A stretch of DNA of 64,000 nucleotides from Nitrospirota bacterium (GTDB lineage: Bacteria > Nitrospirota > UBA9217). The translations under genes were made by a program, and so were the position numbers. The notes under the pieces are model-generated. The model worked only from the letters and a program-made list of their open reading frames with translations. It searched no databases and was not told the origin of the DNA. Location: positions 32,001-96,000 of the forward strand of contig CAVUCU010000003.1 of NCBI GenBank assembly GCA_963740085.1. Direction: 5' to 3'. Shown here piece after piece: positions 20,527 to 29,604 of the stretch (position 1 is its first letter; each line of letters starts with the position of its first letter).

Positions 20527-21267
20527 ATGAGTTTGAACGGAAAGATAGCGCTTGTCACCGGAGCGGCACAGGGGATCGGCAGGGACATCGCTCTTGCGCT
20601 CGCGGCAGACGGCGCTGATGTCGCCATCTGCGATGTGAACCTTGATGTTGCTCAGAAGACCGCCGCGGACATCGAAGCACTGGGGTGTAAATCGCTTGCC
20701 ATCAAGACCAACGTTGCCGCGTCCGCCGAGGTCACGGCGATGATCGACCAGGTCGTTGGGAAGCTCGGCAGGATAGACATCCTGGTGAACAACGCCGGCA
20801 TAACCCGCGACGGGCTCATTCTCCGGATGAAGGACGAGGACTGGGACCTGGTCCTGAGCATCAATTTGAAAGGCTCGTTCCTGTGCGCCAAGTCAGCGCT
20901 CAAGTATATGAGCAAACAGCGCAGTGGAACCATCATCAACATCGCCTCGATCGTCGGCGCCATGGGCAATGCCGGGCAGGCGAACTATGTTGCATCCAAG
21001 GCCGGCCTCATCGGCTTGACCAAGACCATCGCACGGGAATATGCGAACCGCGGCATCACGGCAAACGCCGTGGCCCCCGGTTTTATCGATACCGCCATGA
21101 CACGGGCATTGTCTGAGAACGTCAGGGCGGAACTCGCGAAGCAGATCCCCATGGGCAAGCTCGGCACCCCCGAGGATGTGGCAAATGCGGTCCGTTTCCT
21201 TGCTTCACCGTGGGCCGCCTACATTACCGGCCAGGTGATCCATGTAAACGGCGGGATGTACATGTAA
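20527..21267 (+). CDS. fabG: 3-oxoacyl-ACP reductase
   Basis: TGAAQGIG, NNAGITRD, GNAGQANYVASKAG, YITGQV..VNGG. Confidence 0.96.
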   Translation: MSLNGKIALVTGAAQGIGRDIALALAADGADVAICDVNLDVAQKTAADIEALGCKSLAIKTNVAASAEVTAMIDQVVGKLGRIDILVNNAGITRDGLILRMKDEDWDLVLSINLKGSFLCAKSALKYMSKQRSGTIINIASIVGAMGNAGQANYVASKAGLIGLTKTIAREYANRGITANAVAPGFIDTAMTRALSENVRAELAKQIPMGKLGTPEDVANAVRFLASPWAAYITGQVIHVNGGMYM

Positions 21268-21353
21268 TAATACCCGTTTTGAAGGATTCAACGTACACAG
21301 CTCATTGAGACGTACGATGCACAGCGTGAAGAACACAATCAGAGGAGGATGAC

Positions 21354-21590
21354 ATGGCAGATGTGGTGGCAAAAGTTAAAAAGATCATTTCCGAGCAGCT
21401 CGGCGTACCAGAAGCGGATGTAAAGCCCGAGGCGTCGTTCGTGAACGACCTTGGCGCTGATTCACTCGACACCGTGGAGCTCGTGATGGCGCTCGAGGAG
21501 GAATTCGGCGTCGAGATCCCCGATGAAGATGCCGAAAAGATAGCGACCGTGCAAAACGCGATCGACTACATCAAGGCGAAGGCAAAGTAA
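21354..21590 (+). CDS. acpP: acyl carrier protein
   Basis: [20 protein letters not shown]. Confidence 0.98.
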   Translation: MADVVAKVKKIISEQLGVPEADVKPEASFVNDLGADSLDTVELVMALEEEFGVEIPDEDAEKIATVQNAIDYIKAKAK

Positions 21591-21716
21591 AAGTCAGAAA
21601 GCGGGAATACAGACGATCAGGGTTCAGAGAACAGATGAACGATGACTGACTTAAGCTTTTGATTCAGTCCGTCTTCTGTTCTCCCTGGTGTTCTGTCCTC
21701 TGTATTCCAAATTACT

Positions 21717-21780
21717 TCCGAAAGCCAGAAGACCTCTCGCTCAGGCGTACGAGTCGGTTTTTTGGCTTTTCGGATTTCTT
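21717..21780 (+). terminator. long hairpin between acpP and fabF (partial terminator or RNase III substrate)
   Basis: TCCGAAAGCCAGAAGACC pairs with GGTTTTTTGGCTTTTCGGA (G-U pairs, one bulge), followed by TTTCTT. Confidence 0.5.
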
Positions 21781-21908
21781 GCTCCGCCAGCGTCAGCCTC
21801 TACCCTTGTCAGCGGCTAACATCATCATACCGGTTTGTGAAATAACGTCACACCATATCTTCACGGGGGCCTTGTCTCTGAGGGGATCTATACAGGAGGT
21901 ATCGTCGT

Positions 21909-23150
21909 TTGAAAAAAAGAGTCGTCATCACCGGCGTCGGGATGGTCACTCCGGTCGGCCTCGATACTGAAGCAAGCTGGGAAGGCCTGATCAACGGTAA
22001 ATCAGGCATTGGCCCCATCACGCAGTTCAATGACAAGGCCATCCCCACGCAGATCGCGGGTGAGATTCACGGTTTCGCGCCGGAGAAGTACATCGAACCC
22101 AAAGAGATCAAAAAGATGGACCGCTTTATCCATTTTGCGATAGGGGCAAGCCAGATGGCCATGGACATGTCCGGCCTCAAGATAACCCCGGAAAACGCCG
22201 ATCGCGTCGGCGTCATCGTAAGCTCGGGCATGGGCGGTCTTCCGGCCATCGAACGGGTCCATGAGGCATATCGTGAGAAAGGATATCGCCGGATAACGCC
22301 CTTCTTCATTCCCATGTCCATCATCAACGAAGTGGCCGGCCATATTTCCATCCGCTTCGGCGCCAAAGGGCCCAATCTCAGCGTTGTCACCGCATGCTCA
22401 ACAGGCACCCATTCCATCGGCGACGCCTTCAAGTGGATCCAGCGCGGCGATGCTGACGCCATGATCGCCGGCGGCACGGAATCGTGCATCTGCCCGACGG
22501 GCGTGGGCGGGTTCAACGCCATGAAGGCCCTCTCTACCCGGAACGACGAACCGCAGCGCGCAAGCCGTCCCTTTGATGCCGAGCGCGACGGTTTCATCAT
22601 GGGGGAAGGTTCCGGCATAGTGGTCCTCGAGGAAATGGAATTTGCGCTCAAACGCGGCGCCCGCATCTACGCGGAGGTGCTGGGTTACGGCGCCTCGGGC
22701 GATGCCTATCATATAACCTCACCCGCGCCGAACGGCGAGGGGGCTGCGAGGTGCATGGCATTGGCGATCAAGGACGCGGGGATCGACCGGAAAGAACTGG
22801 GCTATATCAACGCGCACGGCACCTCCACCAAGTACGGCGACGAGCTCGAGAGCATTGCCATCAAGACCGTGTTCGGCGATACTGCCTATAAAATACCGGT
22901 AAGCTCCACAAAATCGATGACCGGCCATCTGCTCGGCGCTGCCGGCGGTGTTGAGGCCGTCATCTCCGTGCTTGCGCTGGACCGCGGTGTCCTTCCGCCC
23001 ACGATCAACCTTGAGAATCCCGATCCTGAGTGCGATCTGGATTATATCCCGCACACGGCCAGAAAGGTGCAGGTGGACGTAGCCATGTCCAACTCATTCG
23101 GTTTCGGCGGCACGAACGCCTGCCTGGTCTTCCGCAGATTCCGAAAATAA
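21909..23150 (+). CDS. fabF: 3-oxoacyl-ACP synthase II
   Basis: [48 protein letters not shown]. Confidence 0.96.
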   Translation: MKKRVVITGVGMVTPVGLDTEASWEGLINGKSGIGPITQFNDKAIPTQIAGEIHGFAPEKYIEPKEIKKMDRFIHFAIGASQMAMDMSGLKITPENADRVGVIVSSGMGGLPAIERVHEAYREKGYRRITPFFIPMSIINEVAGHISIRFGAKGPNLSVVTACSTGTHSIGDAFKWIQRGDADAMIAGGTESCICPTGVGGFNAMKALSTRNDEPQRASRPFDAERDGFIMGEGSGIVVLEEMEFALKRGARIYAEVLGYGASGDAYHITSPAPNGEGAARCMALAIKDAGIDRKELGYINAHGTSTKYGDELESIAIKTVFGDTAYKIPVSSTKSMTGHLLGAAGGVEAVISVLALDRGVLPPTINLENPDPECDLDYIPHTARKVQVDVAMSNSFGFGGTNACLVFRRFRK

Positions 23151-23151
23151 G

Positions 23152-23850
23152 ATGCCTCCCCTTTCGGACATCCAGCAGCGAATCGGCTATACATTCAAGG
23201 ACACGGAGCTCCTCGAACGCGGGCTCACCCACAAGTCCTATGCGAACGAGTGCCGGGTCCCCTATCACAATGAACGGATGGAGTTCCTCGGCGACGCCGT
23301 CCTCGGTCTCGTCATAAGCGAATATCTGATGAAGGCCTTCCCTGAATCCACTGAAGGCGACCTCTCGAGGCTCAGGGCGGCAGTCGTGAGCGAACCCGCC
23401 CTCGCCGCCGTTTCCCGCGAGATCGGGCTCGGCAGCTATCTTCTGCTCGGAAAAGGGGAAGATCAAACAGGCGGAAGGAACAAGGATTCGCTCCTTGCCG
23501 ACTGTCTTGAGGCACTCATTGCGGCCGTATATCTCGATGCGGGCAAGGATGCAGCGGAGTCGCTCGTTATCCGCCTTTTTGAAGAGGTGATCAAGAAGAC
23601 CAGCACCTCCGGCGGATCGCTTGATTATAAGACGGAGTTCCAGGAGCGCTGCCAGGAGCAGCTCAAACAGCTTCCGGAATACCGCATTGTTTCCGAGACC
23701 GGCCCTGATCATCAGAAGCAGTTCGAGATGGAAGTATGGATCAAGGGAAATCTTGCCGGCCGGGGCAGAGGAAAGAGCAAAAAGGAGGCGGAGCAACGTG
23801 CGGCCAAGGAAGCCCTGGAAAGACTTTCTGAGAAATCGAACCCTGCATAA
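23152..23850 (+). CDS. rnc: ribonuclease III
   Basis: NERMEFLGDAVL signature, D..EA.IAAVYLD, dsRBD (YKT..QE, GPDH, G.SKKEAEQ.AA). Confidence 0.97.
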   Translation: MPPLSDIQQRIGYTFKDTELLERGLTHKSYANECRVPYHNERMEFLGDAVLGLVISEYLMKAFPESTEGDLSRLRAAVVSEPALAAVSREIGLGSYLLLGKGEDQTGGRNKDSLLADCLEALIAAVYLDAGKDAAESLVIRLFEEVIKKTSTSGGSLDYKTEFQERCQEQLKQLPEYRIVSETGPDHQKQFEMEVWIKGNLAGRGRGKSKKEAEQRAAKEALERLSEKSNPA

Positions 23851-24062
23851 GCCTACAGAGAGCAGTTCAGCCACATAAAGTACAAATAAATCAATCAGCA
23901 CTTTGGTAAAAAACTTCACCAAACAGGTGATTTTTCTTTTTGGCGTCAAGATGCTGTTTCTCCTCTGTGATTTTTGAGCCTTCAGTGGCCAACTGCCGTT
24001 TTTATCATAAAATCAGGAACAACCGCGCCAACCCCGATGTTCTCGCAGAATATCTACCCTTG

Positions 24063-24081
24063 AATATGCAAATTGCATATT
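24063..24081. promoter_or_regulatory. operator-like palindrome
   Basis: AATATGCAA-A-TTGCATATT perfect inverted repeat; extra half-site TTGCATATT at 24110-24118. Confidence 0.45.
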
Positions 24082-24176
24082 GGTCCGACTAATTCTAATT
24101 TTCCACATATTGCATATTAGTCAGCAATTGAATTGCAATGAATTCCACCCCTTACCTTAAGTTTTTTCAATTCATC

Positions 24177-24206
24177 TTGACCAATTCATATTGTTTATGC
24201 TACCGT
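24177..24206 (+). promoter_or_regulatory. candidate cassette promoter (Pc-like)
   Basis: TTGACC-18 nt-TACCGT with TGn extension, just upstream of the first cassette boundary. Confidence 0.35.
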
Positions 24207-24210
24207 ATCC

Positions 24211-24234
24211 CGTCCCTATAATAACTTGTTATAC
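24211..24234 (+). mobile_element. attI-like integron attachment site / first cassette boundary
   Basis: CGTCCCTATAATAACTTGTTATAC resembles the attI1 end (CGCCCTAAAACAAAGTTRRRY); GTTATA is complementary to TATAAC in the next attC. Confidence 0.5.
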
Positions 24235-24243
24235 CCTTAAATT

Positions 24244-25005
24244 ATGAAGGACGAAGAAAATATATTTACACGCAAACTTGAGGTCTTCCGCACTGAGATT
24301 GAATCGGCCATTCAATTTTTTTATGCCCATCGTGCAATGAATGGAGTACTGGCCAAAGACAAATACACACTTGAGATTGTTAATCGAACCCCGCTATTTT
24401 GGGTCACTACTACGGGTGCCCTTCATACTGCTTTTTTCATTACATTAGGGCGCATTTTCGATCAAGACTCAAATCACAATATCGACAAGATTCTCCGCAC
24501 TGCGCAAGAACACACTATAATCTTTTCTAAAGAAGCATTAGAGCGAAGAAAACGTGCAGGAAGTGCAAATGCAGCTGAGTGGATTAATGAATACATGAAG
24601 AGTGTCTATGTTCCAAGCGCTGTGGATTTTCGTAGATTAAGAAAGTATGTCGCCAAATATCGAAAAACATATGAAACTGTTTATAGAGACATCCGAAACA
24701 AAGTAATTGCCCACAAACAGCTGTCTAACGTAGATGACATTCATGCACTGTACGCTAAGACAAATATTGCCGACATGCAAAAATTGCTCATCTTTTTGAA
24801 CAAGCTTTATCATGCGCTCTGGCAGCTTTACCACAATGGGAATAAGCCCGTATTGCGACAGATGAAGTATTCTGCTAAAAGAATGATAAGAGCAGAATTA
24901 CCTAAATGGCAAAGCCACCATGTTCAGGAGCGAATAGTGGCCGATACCGTAAATTTCTTAAAACTGCTTTCGAATATACCGAAAGAACAATTGGGCCGAG
25001 ATTAA
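24244..25005 (+). CDS. HEPN-domain protein, AbiU2-like (putative RNase)
   Basis: Helical-looking protein with ITLGRIFD and RNKVIAH (Rx5H HEPN motif); AT-rich relative to flanks. Confidence 0.65.
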   Translation: MKDEENIFTRKLEVFRTEIESAIQFFYAHRAMNGVLAKDKYTLEIVNRTPLFWVTTTGALHTAFFITLGRIFDQDSNHNIDKILRTAQEHTIIFSKEALERRKRAGSANAAEWINEYMKSVYVPSAVDFRRLRKYVAKYRKTYETVYRDIRNKVIAHKQLSNVDDIHALYAKTNIADMQKLLIFLNKLYHALWQLYHNGNKPVLRQMKYSAKRMIRAELPKWQSHHVQERIVADTVNFLKLLSNIPKEQLGRD

Positions 25006-25011
25006 ATCGCT

Positions 25012-25287
25012 ATGCAAAAGATGATGTCGATGTTCATCGTAATACTTCCTGGAATCGTCGGGGTGATCCTTCGCCTACGACATTTCCGTGAGATTCCCGC
25101 CTGGCTGTTGTCATGCACGATAATCCCTATATTTATTCTCGTTGATGAATTCCTTCTCCTTTACCATGGCGGCGGTGCCTCAATGTGGCCCATCGCCATT
25201 GCTTTTGGAACTTTTTACGGGTCCATGACAGGCGGTTTTGGCGTAGCGATTGCGTCATACTATCTCAAAAAGAAAAAGCTAAACTAG
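25012..25287 (+). CDS. small membrane protein (about 3 TM helices)
   Basis: Hydrophobic 91-aa ORF, GGGASMWPIA, basic C-terminus; ends just before an attC. Confidence 0.7.
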   Translation: MQKMMSMFIVILPGIVGVILRLRHFREIPAWLLSCTIIPIFILVDEFLLLYHGGGASMWPIAIAFGTFYGSMTGGFGVAIASYYLKKKKLN

Positions 25288-25301
25288 ATAAACCGAGCTG
25301 A

Positions 25302-25360
25302 ATATAACCTGCGCCTCGACAGCGACGCGCCAAAGACGGCGCGTCAGGCGCGCGTTAGAA
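25302..25360 (+). mobile_element. attC site (59 bp)
   Basis: R'' ATATAAC, GCGCCTCGAC / GTCAGGCGC arms with one extra C, inner GACGCGCC/GGCGCGTC, R' GTTAGAA. Confidence 0.9.
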
Positions 25361-25378
25361 TCATTATGGAGGTGAAAT

Positions 25379-25714
25379 GTGCCATCTTTAGTCATACATA
25401 CCCCGGATTCCCAATTAGGTCGCGAAGGCACAAAGAGCTTCGAAGAGACTTTTAAATCAGGTGTCGGAAGTGCTTACGCTCTTAACAATAAAATATATCA
25501 ACAAATACATCTTGGCTGTAAGGTTGTGTTGCTATGCAAAAAAAGAAGATTACGGGCCGAGGGCCAACTCGTTCGGCTTGAACCTGCCACAAATGAGGGC
25601 AGACCATGGGTTACCGGGAATCATATCCAGAGGTATAACGTGCTTGTAAAAAACTTCGATATGGTCCCATATACATCCGAAGCACTTAACCGCAACGGGG
25701 TTGCAGTTATCTGA
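25379..25714 (+). CDS. hypothetical cassette protein
   Basis: GGAGG SD + GTG just after attC; 111 aa; no recognised family. Confidence 0.7.
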   Translation: MPSLVIHTPDSQLGREGTKSFEETFKSGVGSAYALNNKIYQQIHLGCKVVLLCKKRRLRAEGQLVRLEPATNEGRPWVTGNHIQRYNVLVKNFDMVPYTSEALNRNGVAVI

Positions 25715-25719
25715 CCAAT

Positions 25720-25783
25720 TGATAATAAGGCGATGCGCCTGACACGGCAAAATGACGCTATTTGTGCGAGCTTTACGTTGGTC
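25720..25783 (+). mobile_element. eroded attC-like site
   Basis: TGATAAT...AAGGCGATGCGC / GTGCGAGCTTT...GTTGGTC; right size and position but AAC triplet lost and pairing poor. Confidence 0.4.
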
Positions 25784-25850
25784 TTCTGTTTAAAGGCTGT
25801 TAATAACTCCGTTCAGTGAGAGGGACAAGAACGTCACTCAAGGAGATCTT

Positions 25851-26408
25851 ATGAGAAGGGTTGTTTTTGCGATCAATATTACCACTGACGGGTACTGCAA
25901 CCACACGGACATGATTGCCGACGACGCGGTGCACGAGTACTTCACCAGGCTGCTGCGCAATGCGAATCTCCTCCTCTTCGGCCGGAATACATATCAACTC
26001 ATGGTACCCTATTGGCCCGAAGTCGCCAAAAACCAATCTGAGAATGAAGCAACCAATGAGTTCGCTCGCGTGTTCGACTCTCTCAACAAGATCGTATTCT
26101 CCACGACATTGAAACAGGTTGAAGGAAAGAATACGAGAATCGTGCGTGCTAACCTTGCGGAAGAAGTGCTCGCGCTGAAGCAGCAGCCTGGAAAAGACAT
26201 TAACATAGGCAGTTTGAGCATTGCGTCCCAGCTTTCGGAGCGCGGTTTGATTGACGAGTATCGTTTCGTGGTTCATCCGGTTGTTGCCGGAAAAGGACCG
26301 CGGTTATTCGAAACCGTGAAGCCGCAGGACAGGCTTCGACTCGATTTTATTGGTTTGGAAACCTTTCAATCCGGCGTCGTTGCCCTTCATTACAGAAAGC
26401 ATACGTGA
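25851..26408 (+). CDS. dihydrofolate reductase / RibD C-terminal domain protein
   Basis: [46 protein letters not shown]. Confidence 0.88.
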   Translation: MRRVVFAINITTDGYCNHTDMIADDAVHEYFTRLLRNANLLLFGRNTYQLMVPYWPEVAKNQSENEATNEFARVFDSLNKIVFSTTLKQVEGKNTRIVRANLAEEVLALKQQPGKDINIGSLSIASQLSERGLIDEYRFVVHPVVAGKGPRLFETVKPQDRLRLDFIGLETFQSGVVALHYRKHT

Positions 26409-26439
26409 GTCGAAACGCAAACGAAGATATTTGAAAAAG

Positions 26440-26498
26440 TTCTAACGTGAACGCTCGAAAGGGGCTCTAAATACGCGCCCCTCAGCGTCGTGTTGTCC
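26440..26498 (+). mobile_element. attC site (59 bp)
   Basis: R'' TTCTAAC, ACGCTCGA / TCAGCGT arms with one extra C, AGGGGC/GCCCCT inner stem, R' GTTGTCC. Confidence 0.8.
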
Positions 26499-26521
26499 CA
26501 TGAAAACAGCGGTGAGAAAAT

Positions 26522-27172
26522 ATGACTAAGTACACAGAGCCTGTGTGGTTCAACTCCGCGCTGATCACAATTGACACACAGTGCGACACACTCGACAGAC
26601 AACCTTTTGAGATTCCGGGAACATCGGCGATTCTTCCCAACATGAGAAAACTCCTGCAAGCTTACCGCAAGGCAAAGAGGCAGATCGTTCACATTGTTCG
26701 GATTTATAAATCCGACGGCACCAATGTTGATTTATGCCGAAGAGAGTTGGTTGAACGAGGTGCCGCTTTAGTGTTGGCAGGTTCCGCAGGTTGTCAGCTA
26801 GCGACGGAATTACTTCCGCACCCCGGCATTGAACTTGATGCGAATCTTCTTCTCTCCGGTGGTATCCAGCACATACAAGCTGGAGAGGTAATCATTTACA
26901 AGCCGCGTTGGGGCGCATTCTACAATACCCCCTTAGAGAAGTACCTGCAGGAAAAAGGTATTTCGACGCTTGTCTTTAGCGGCTGCAACTTTCCAAATTG
27001 CCCTCGAACTTCGATATATGAAGCAAGCGAACGCGACTTCCGGGTGGTTTTAGCGGAGGATGCAATATCCGGCTTGTACGACCAAGGAAAACGGGAAATG
27101 CGAAATATTGGCGTGGAGTTGATTCTAACGGACCAAATCATTGATGCAGTTCATCAGACCAGTAAGTCATAA
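26522..27172 (+). CDS. isochorismatase-family cysteine hydrolase
   Basis: ALITIDTQCD, K.RWGAFY.T.L, GCNFPNCPRTS..EA.ERDF; stop codon lies inside the attC R'' box. Confidence 0.88.
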   Translation: MTKYTEPVWFNSALITIDTQCDTLDRQPFEIPGTSAILPNMRKLLQAYRKAKRQIVHIVRIYKSDGTNVDLCRRELVERGAALVLAGSAGCQLATELLPHPGIELDANLLLSGGIQHIQAGEVIIYKPRWGAFYNTPLEKYLQEKGISTLVFSGCNFPNCPRTSIYEASERDFRVVLAEDAISGLYDQGKREMRNIGVELILTDQIIDAVHQTSKS

Positions 27173-27226
27173 CAATCGCGTCCACATCGACTCGCCAAAA
27201 AGCGGTGAGTGACGCGATCGTTAGGC
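27167..27226 (+). mobile_element. attC site (60 bp)
   Basis: R'' TCATAAC, ATCGCGTCCAC / GTGACGCGAT arms with one extra C, R' GTTAGGC. Confidence 0.92.
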
Positions 27227-27250
27227 CCTGGAAATACAGAGGAGAGCACG

Positions 27251-27595
27251 ATGAGCAACGAACAGGTGGCACCTGAGACGAAAGGTGTTACGGTGAAGTT
27301 ACTTGCAACGGTTGACCTTGGCCCTGAGATCGAGGGCATGGCAGGGCGCCAACTTCGAATGCGTATGGTGACCATCGAGCCTGGAGGCGTCTTCGGCCCG
27401 ATTCACGACCATAAAGACAGACCAGGCACCGTCTACATCCTGCAAGGAGCGATCACTGACCATCGAAATGGAGTCGCTACGGACTATGGACCGGGAGTGG
27501 GCTGGCCCGAGGATAGGAACACCACACACTGGCTTGAGAACAGAGGAACGAAGCCGGCGGTGGAGATCTCGGTCGATATAGTCAGGCAAGAGTAA
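27251..27595 (+). CDS. cupin domain protein
   Basis: VTIEPGG...HDH.DRPG.VYILQG, HWLENRG..PAV; GGAG SD. Confidence 0.85.
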   Translation: MSNEQVAPETKGVTVKLLATVDLGPEIEGMAGRQLRMRMVTIEPGGVFGPIHDHKDRPGTVYILQGAITDHRNGVATDYGPGVGWPEDRNTTHWLENRGTKPAVEISVDIVRQE

Positions 27596-27623
27596 GCTCA
27601 AGCCCGACATCTGACACGATCGG

Positions 27624-27701
27624 GCCTAACACGCGGCTCGACCGGACGCCCTTCAGTCGGCTTCGCCTCCTTTTGCGCGCCGGTTAGCCACAACGTTGGC
27701 G
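27624..27701 (+). mobile_element. attC site (78 bp)
   Basis: R'' GCCTAAC (GGGCCTAAC is the exact complement of cassette start GTTAGGCCC at 27220), GGCTCGACCGG / CCGGTTAGCC arms, R' GTTGGCG. Confidence 0.88.
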
Positions 27702-27709
27702 AGATTAAT

Positions 27710-28114
27710 ATGGATATCTACTTAATCATCAAGAGTATATTATTCTTTATCCTGGTTGCTTCCGGCGAAACATTAAACGGGATTGCCAGAACTGTTTATC
27801 TGAACAAGCGAGTTGGTATTAAAAAGGCAAAAAGGATATCCATGGCATCCGCTTTGATACTTTGTTTGCTTGTCTCTTATTGGTATATCCCGCTGCTCAA
27901 CATCCGTACCGATAAAGGTCTGCTGATTCTTGGCGTCTCTCTTTCATCATTTATGGCGTTGTTTGACATTGTCCTGGGCAGGATCGTCTTTAAAGCAAAA
28001 TGGGAAACAATCTTGGATGAATTTAACCTCGCGAAAGGTAATCTGCTGGCACTTGGCATGATCGTCATGGCGCTCTGTCCCTTGCTGGCATCAAAAATTC
28101 CGAGTATCTTCTAA
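27710..28114 (+). CDS. hypothetical 4-TM membrane protein
   Basis: Starts 9 nt after attC; four hydrophobic segments; AT-rich. Confidence 0.75.
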   Translation: MDIYLIIKSILFFILVASGETLNGIARTVYLNKRVGIKKAKRISMASALILCLLVSYWYIPLLNIRTDKGLLILGVSLSSFMALFDIVLGRIVFKAKWETILDEFNLAKGNLLALGMIVMALCPLLASKIPSIF

Positions 28115-28180
28115 ACGGGGCGAGTTACCGCCGCGATTGATCGGACATCTTGAAGTACCCGACTCAAAGGAACTGATGCG

Positions 28181-29437
28181 GTGACAACATTGGATACAGT
28201 AATTGTAGGTGCTGGTCAAGCCGGTCTCGGGGTCAGTTATTATCTGAAACGGGATGGCCGCCGGCATATTATCTTTGAGCAAGGACGGATAGGCGAAACG
28301 TGGTTATCCCAGCGTTGGGATTCATTCAGGCTCAATAGCCCCAATTTTTTGAACGCTTTGCCCGGTTTCCCCTACGACGGCCCGGAGCCCGATGGTTTCG
28401 GGCGGTGCGATGAACTGGTCTCCTATTTTCAACGATACGTCGAGCTGTTCCAATTGCCGGTTCGAACGGGTGTCACGGTCGCCTCGGTCGAGCATGCCGA
28501 AGATGGGGAACACTTTATCGTGAGAACAAGGACCGGCGGACAGGAAGAAGCGGTCCAAAGCCGTTCCCTTGTCATCGCTTCCGGTATCCAGCGGACACCG
28601 AAATTCCCTTTGATCCGCTCCCGCATACCCAGCAATATTACGCAGCTGCATACTGCTGACTACCGCAGCGCGGCAGCGTTGCCGCCGGGTGCAGTCGTCG
28701 TTGTCGGCAGCGGGCAATCAGGCTGCCAGATAGCCGAAGAACTGCTGTCCGTCGGCCGGACGGTGTATCTTTGCACAGGCAAAGTTGGGCGGGTTCCCCG
28801 CCGATATCGGGGACGCGATCTGTTCGCATGGTGGGTTGATACGAAGTTTTGGGACGTCACCTTTGCCAGTCTGGCGGACAAGGCTATTAGCCGCGCGGCT
28901 CAGCCGCAGGTCTCCGGTCTTGGACGCCATGGGCACACCGTCAGCCTGCAATACCTGGCGCGCCAGGGTGCGGTGATCCTGGGGCGCCTGCTGGACGTAG
29001 AAGCAGACACGCTCGTTCTGAGCGATGAGGCGGCCGCCCATGTCCGCTTCGCCGATGAATTCTCGCAAAGGTTAAAGGACGGCGTTGATGCCTACCTGAC
29101 ACAGGCAGGTATCACCTCGCCGCCACCCGAGGCTGATCCGGCGGACGTACCCGATCCCCTGGCCGGGTGCGTTTCGCCGTTGCGACGGCTGAATTTTCGC
29201 GAGGCAGGGGTCAGCACCGTTATCTGGGCCACGGGGTTCACGGCAGATTTCAGCTGGTTGCACTTGCCGGCACTCGACGCAGAAGGTAAGCCGGTCCATG
29301 AGCGGGGAATTTCGCCGGTGCGCGGTCTGTACTTCGTCGGATTTCCCTGGCTTAACAGTCGAAAATCAGGCATCATTTATGGAATAGAGGAAGACACCCA
29401 TTACATCGCTGGTGCAATTGCACAACAATTGGCCTAA
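28181..29437 (+). CDS. flavin-containing monooxygenase family NAD(P)/FAD oxidoreductase
   Basis: VGAGQAG, W..QRWDS, LHTADYR, VGSGQSG.QIAEEL, VIWATGF, GLYFVG. Confidence 0.88.
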   Translation: MTTLDTVIVGAGQAGLGVSYYLKRDGRRHIIFEQGRIGETWLSQRWDSFRLNSPNFLNALPGFPYDGPEPDGFGRCDELVSYFQRYVELFQLPVRTGVTVASVEHAEDGEHFIVRTRTGGQEEAVQSRSLVIASGIQRTPKFPLIRSRIPSNITQLHTADYRSAAALPPGAVVVVGSGQSGCQIAEELLSVGRTVYLCTGKVGRVPRRYRGRDLFAWWVDTKFWDVTFASLADKAISRAAQPQVSGLGRHGHTVSLQYLARQGAVILGRLLDVEADTLVLSDEAAAHVRFADEFSQRLKDGVDAYLTQAGITSPPPEADPADVPDPLAGCVSPLRRLNFREAGVSTVIWATGFTADFSWLHLPALDAEGKPVHERGISPVRGLYFVGFPWLNSRKSGIIYGIEEDTHYIAGAIAQQLA

Positions 29438-29604
29438 GGACGCACAATAAAGCGCCCAACGCGAGGAACCAACAGAAGGTCCTATAGGCTCCCTATTTAT
29501 GTCGATTCAAGAAATCGCACCATTTATGCGTAGGATTGTTCAGCTGAGCTGGCATAACCCATGATAAAAGTCGCAGCCGCGAAAGCGTGCAAGGAAGGGG
29601 TAGT

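Noticed and set aside
23851-24200. Integron integrase or remnant upstream of the array
   Set aside because: Too short and no tyrosine-recombinase motifs recognised on either strand
24211-24243. dif site (XerCD)
   Set aside because: ATAA...TTAT dyad is present but spacing is off and the right arm does not match TTATGTTAAAT; attI-like reading fits better
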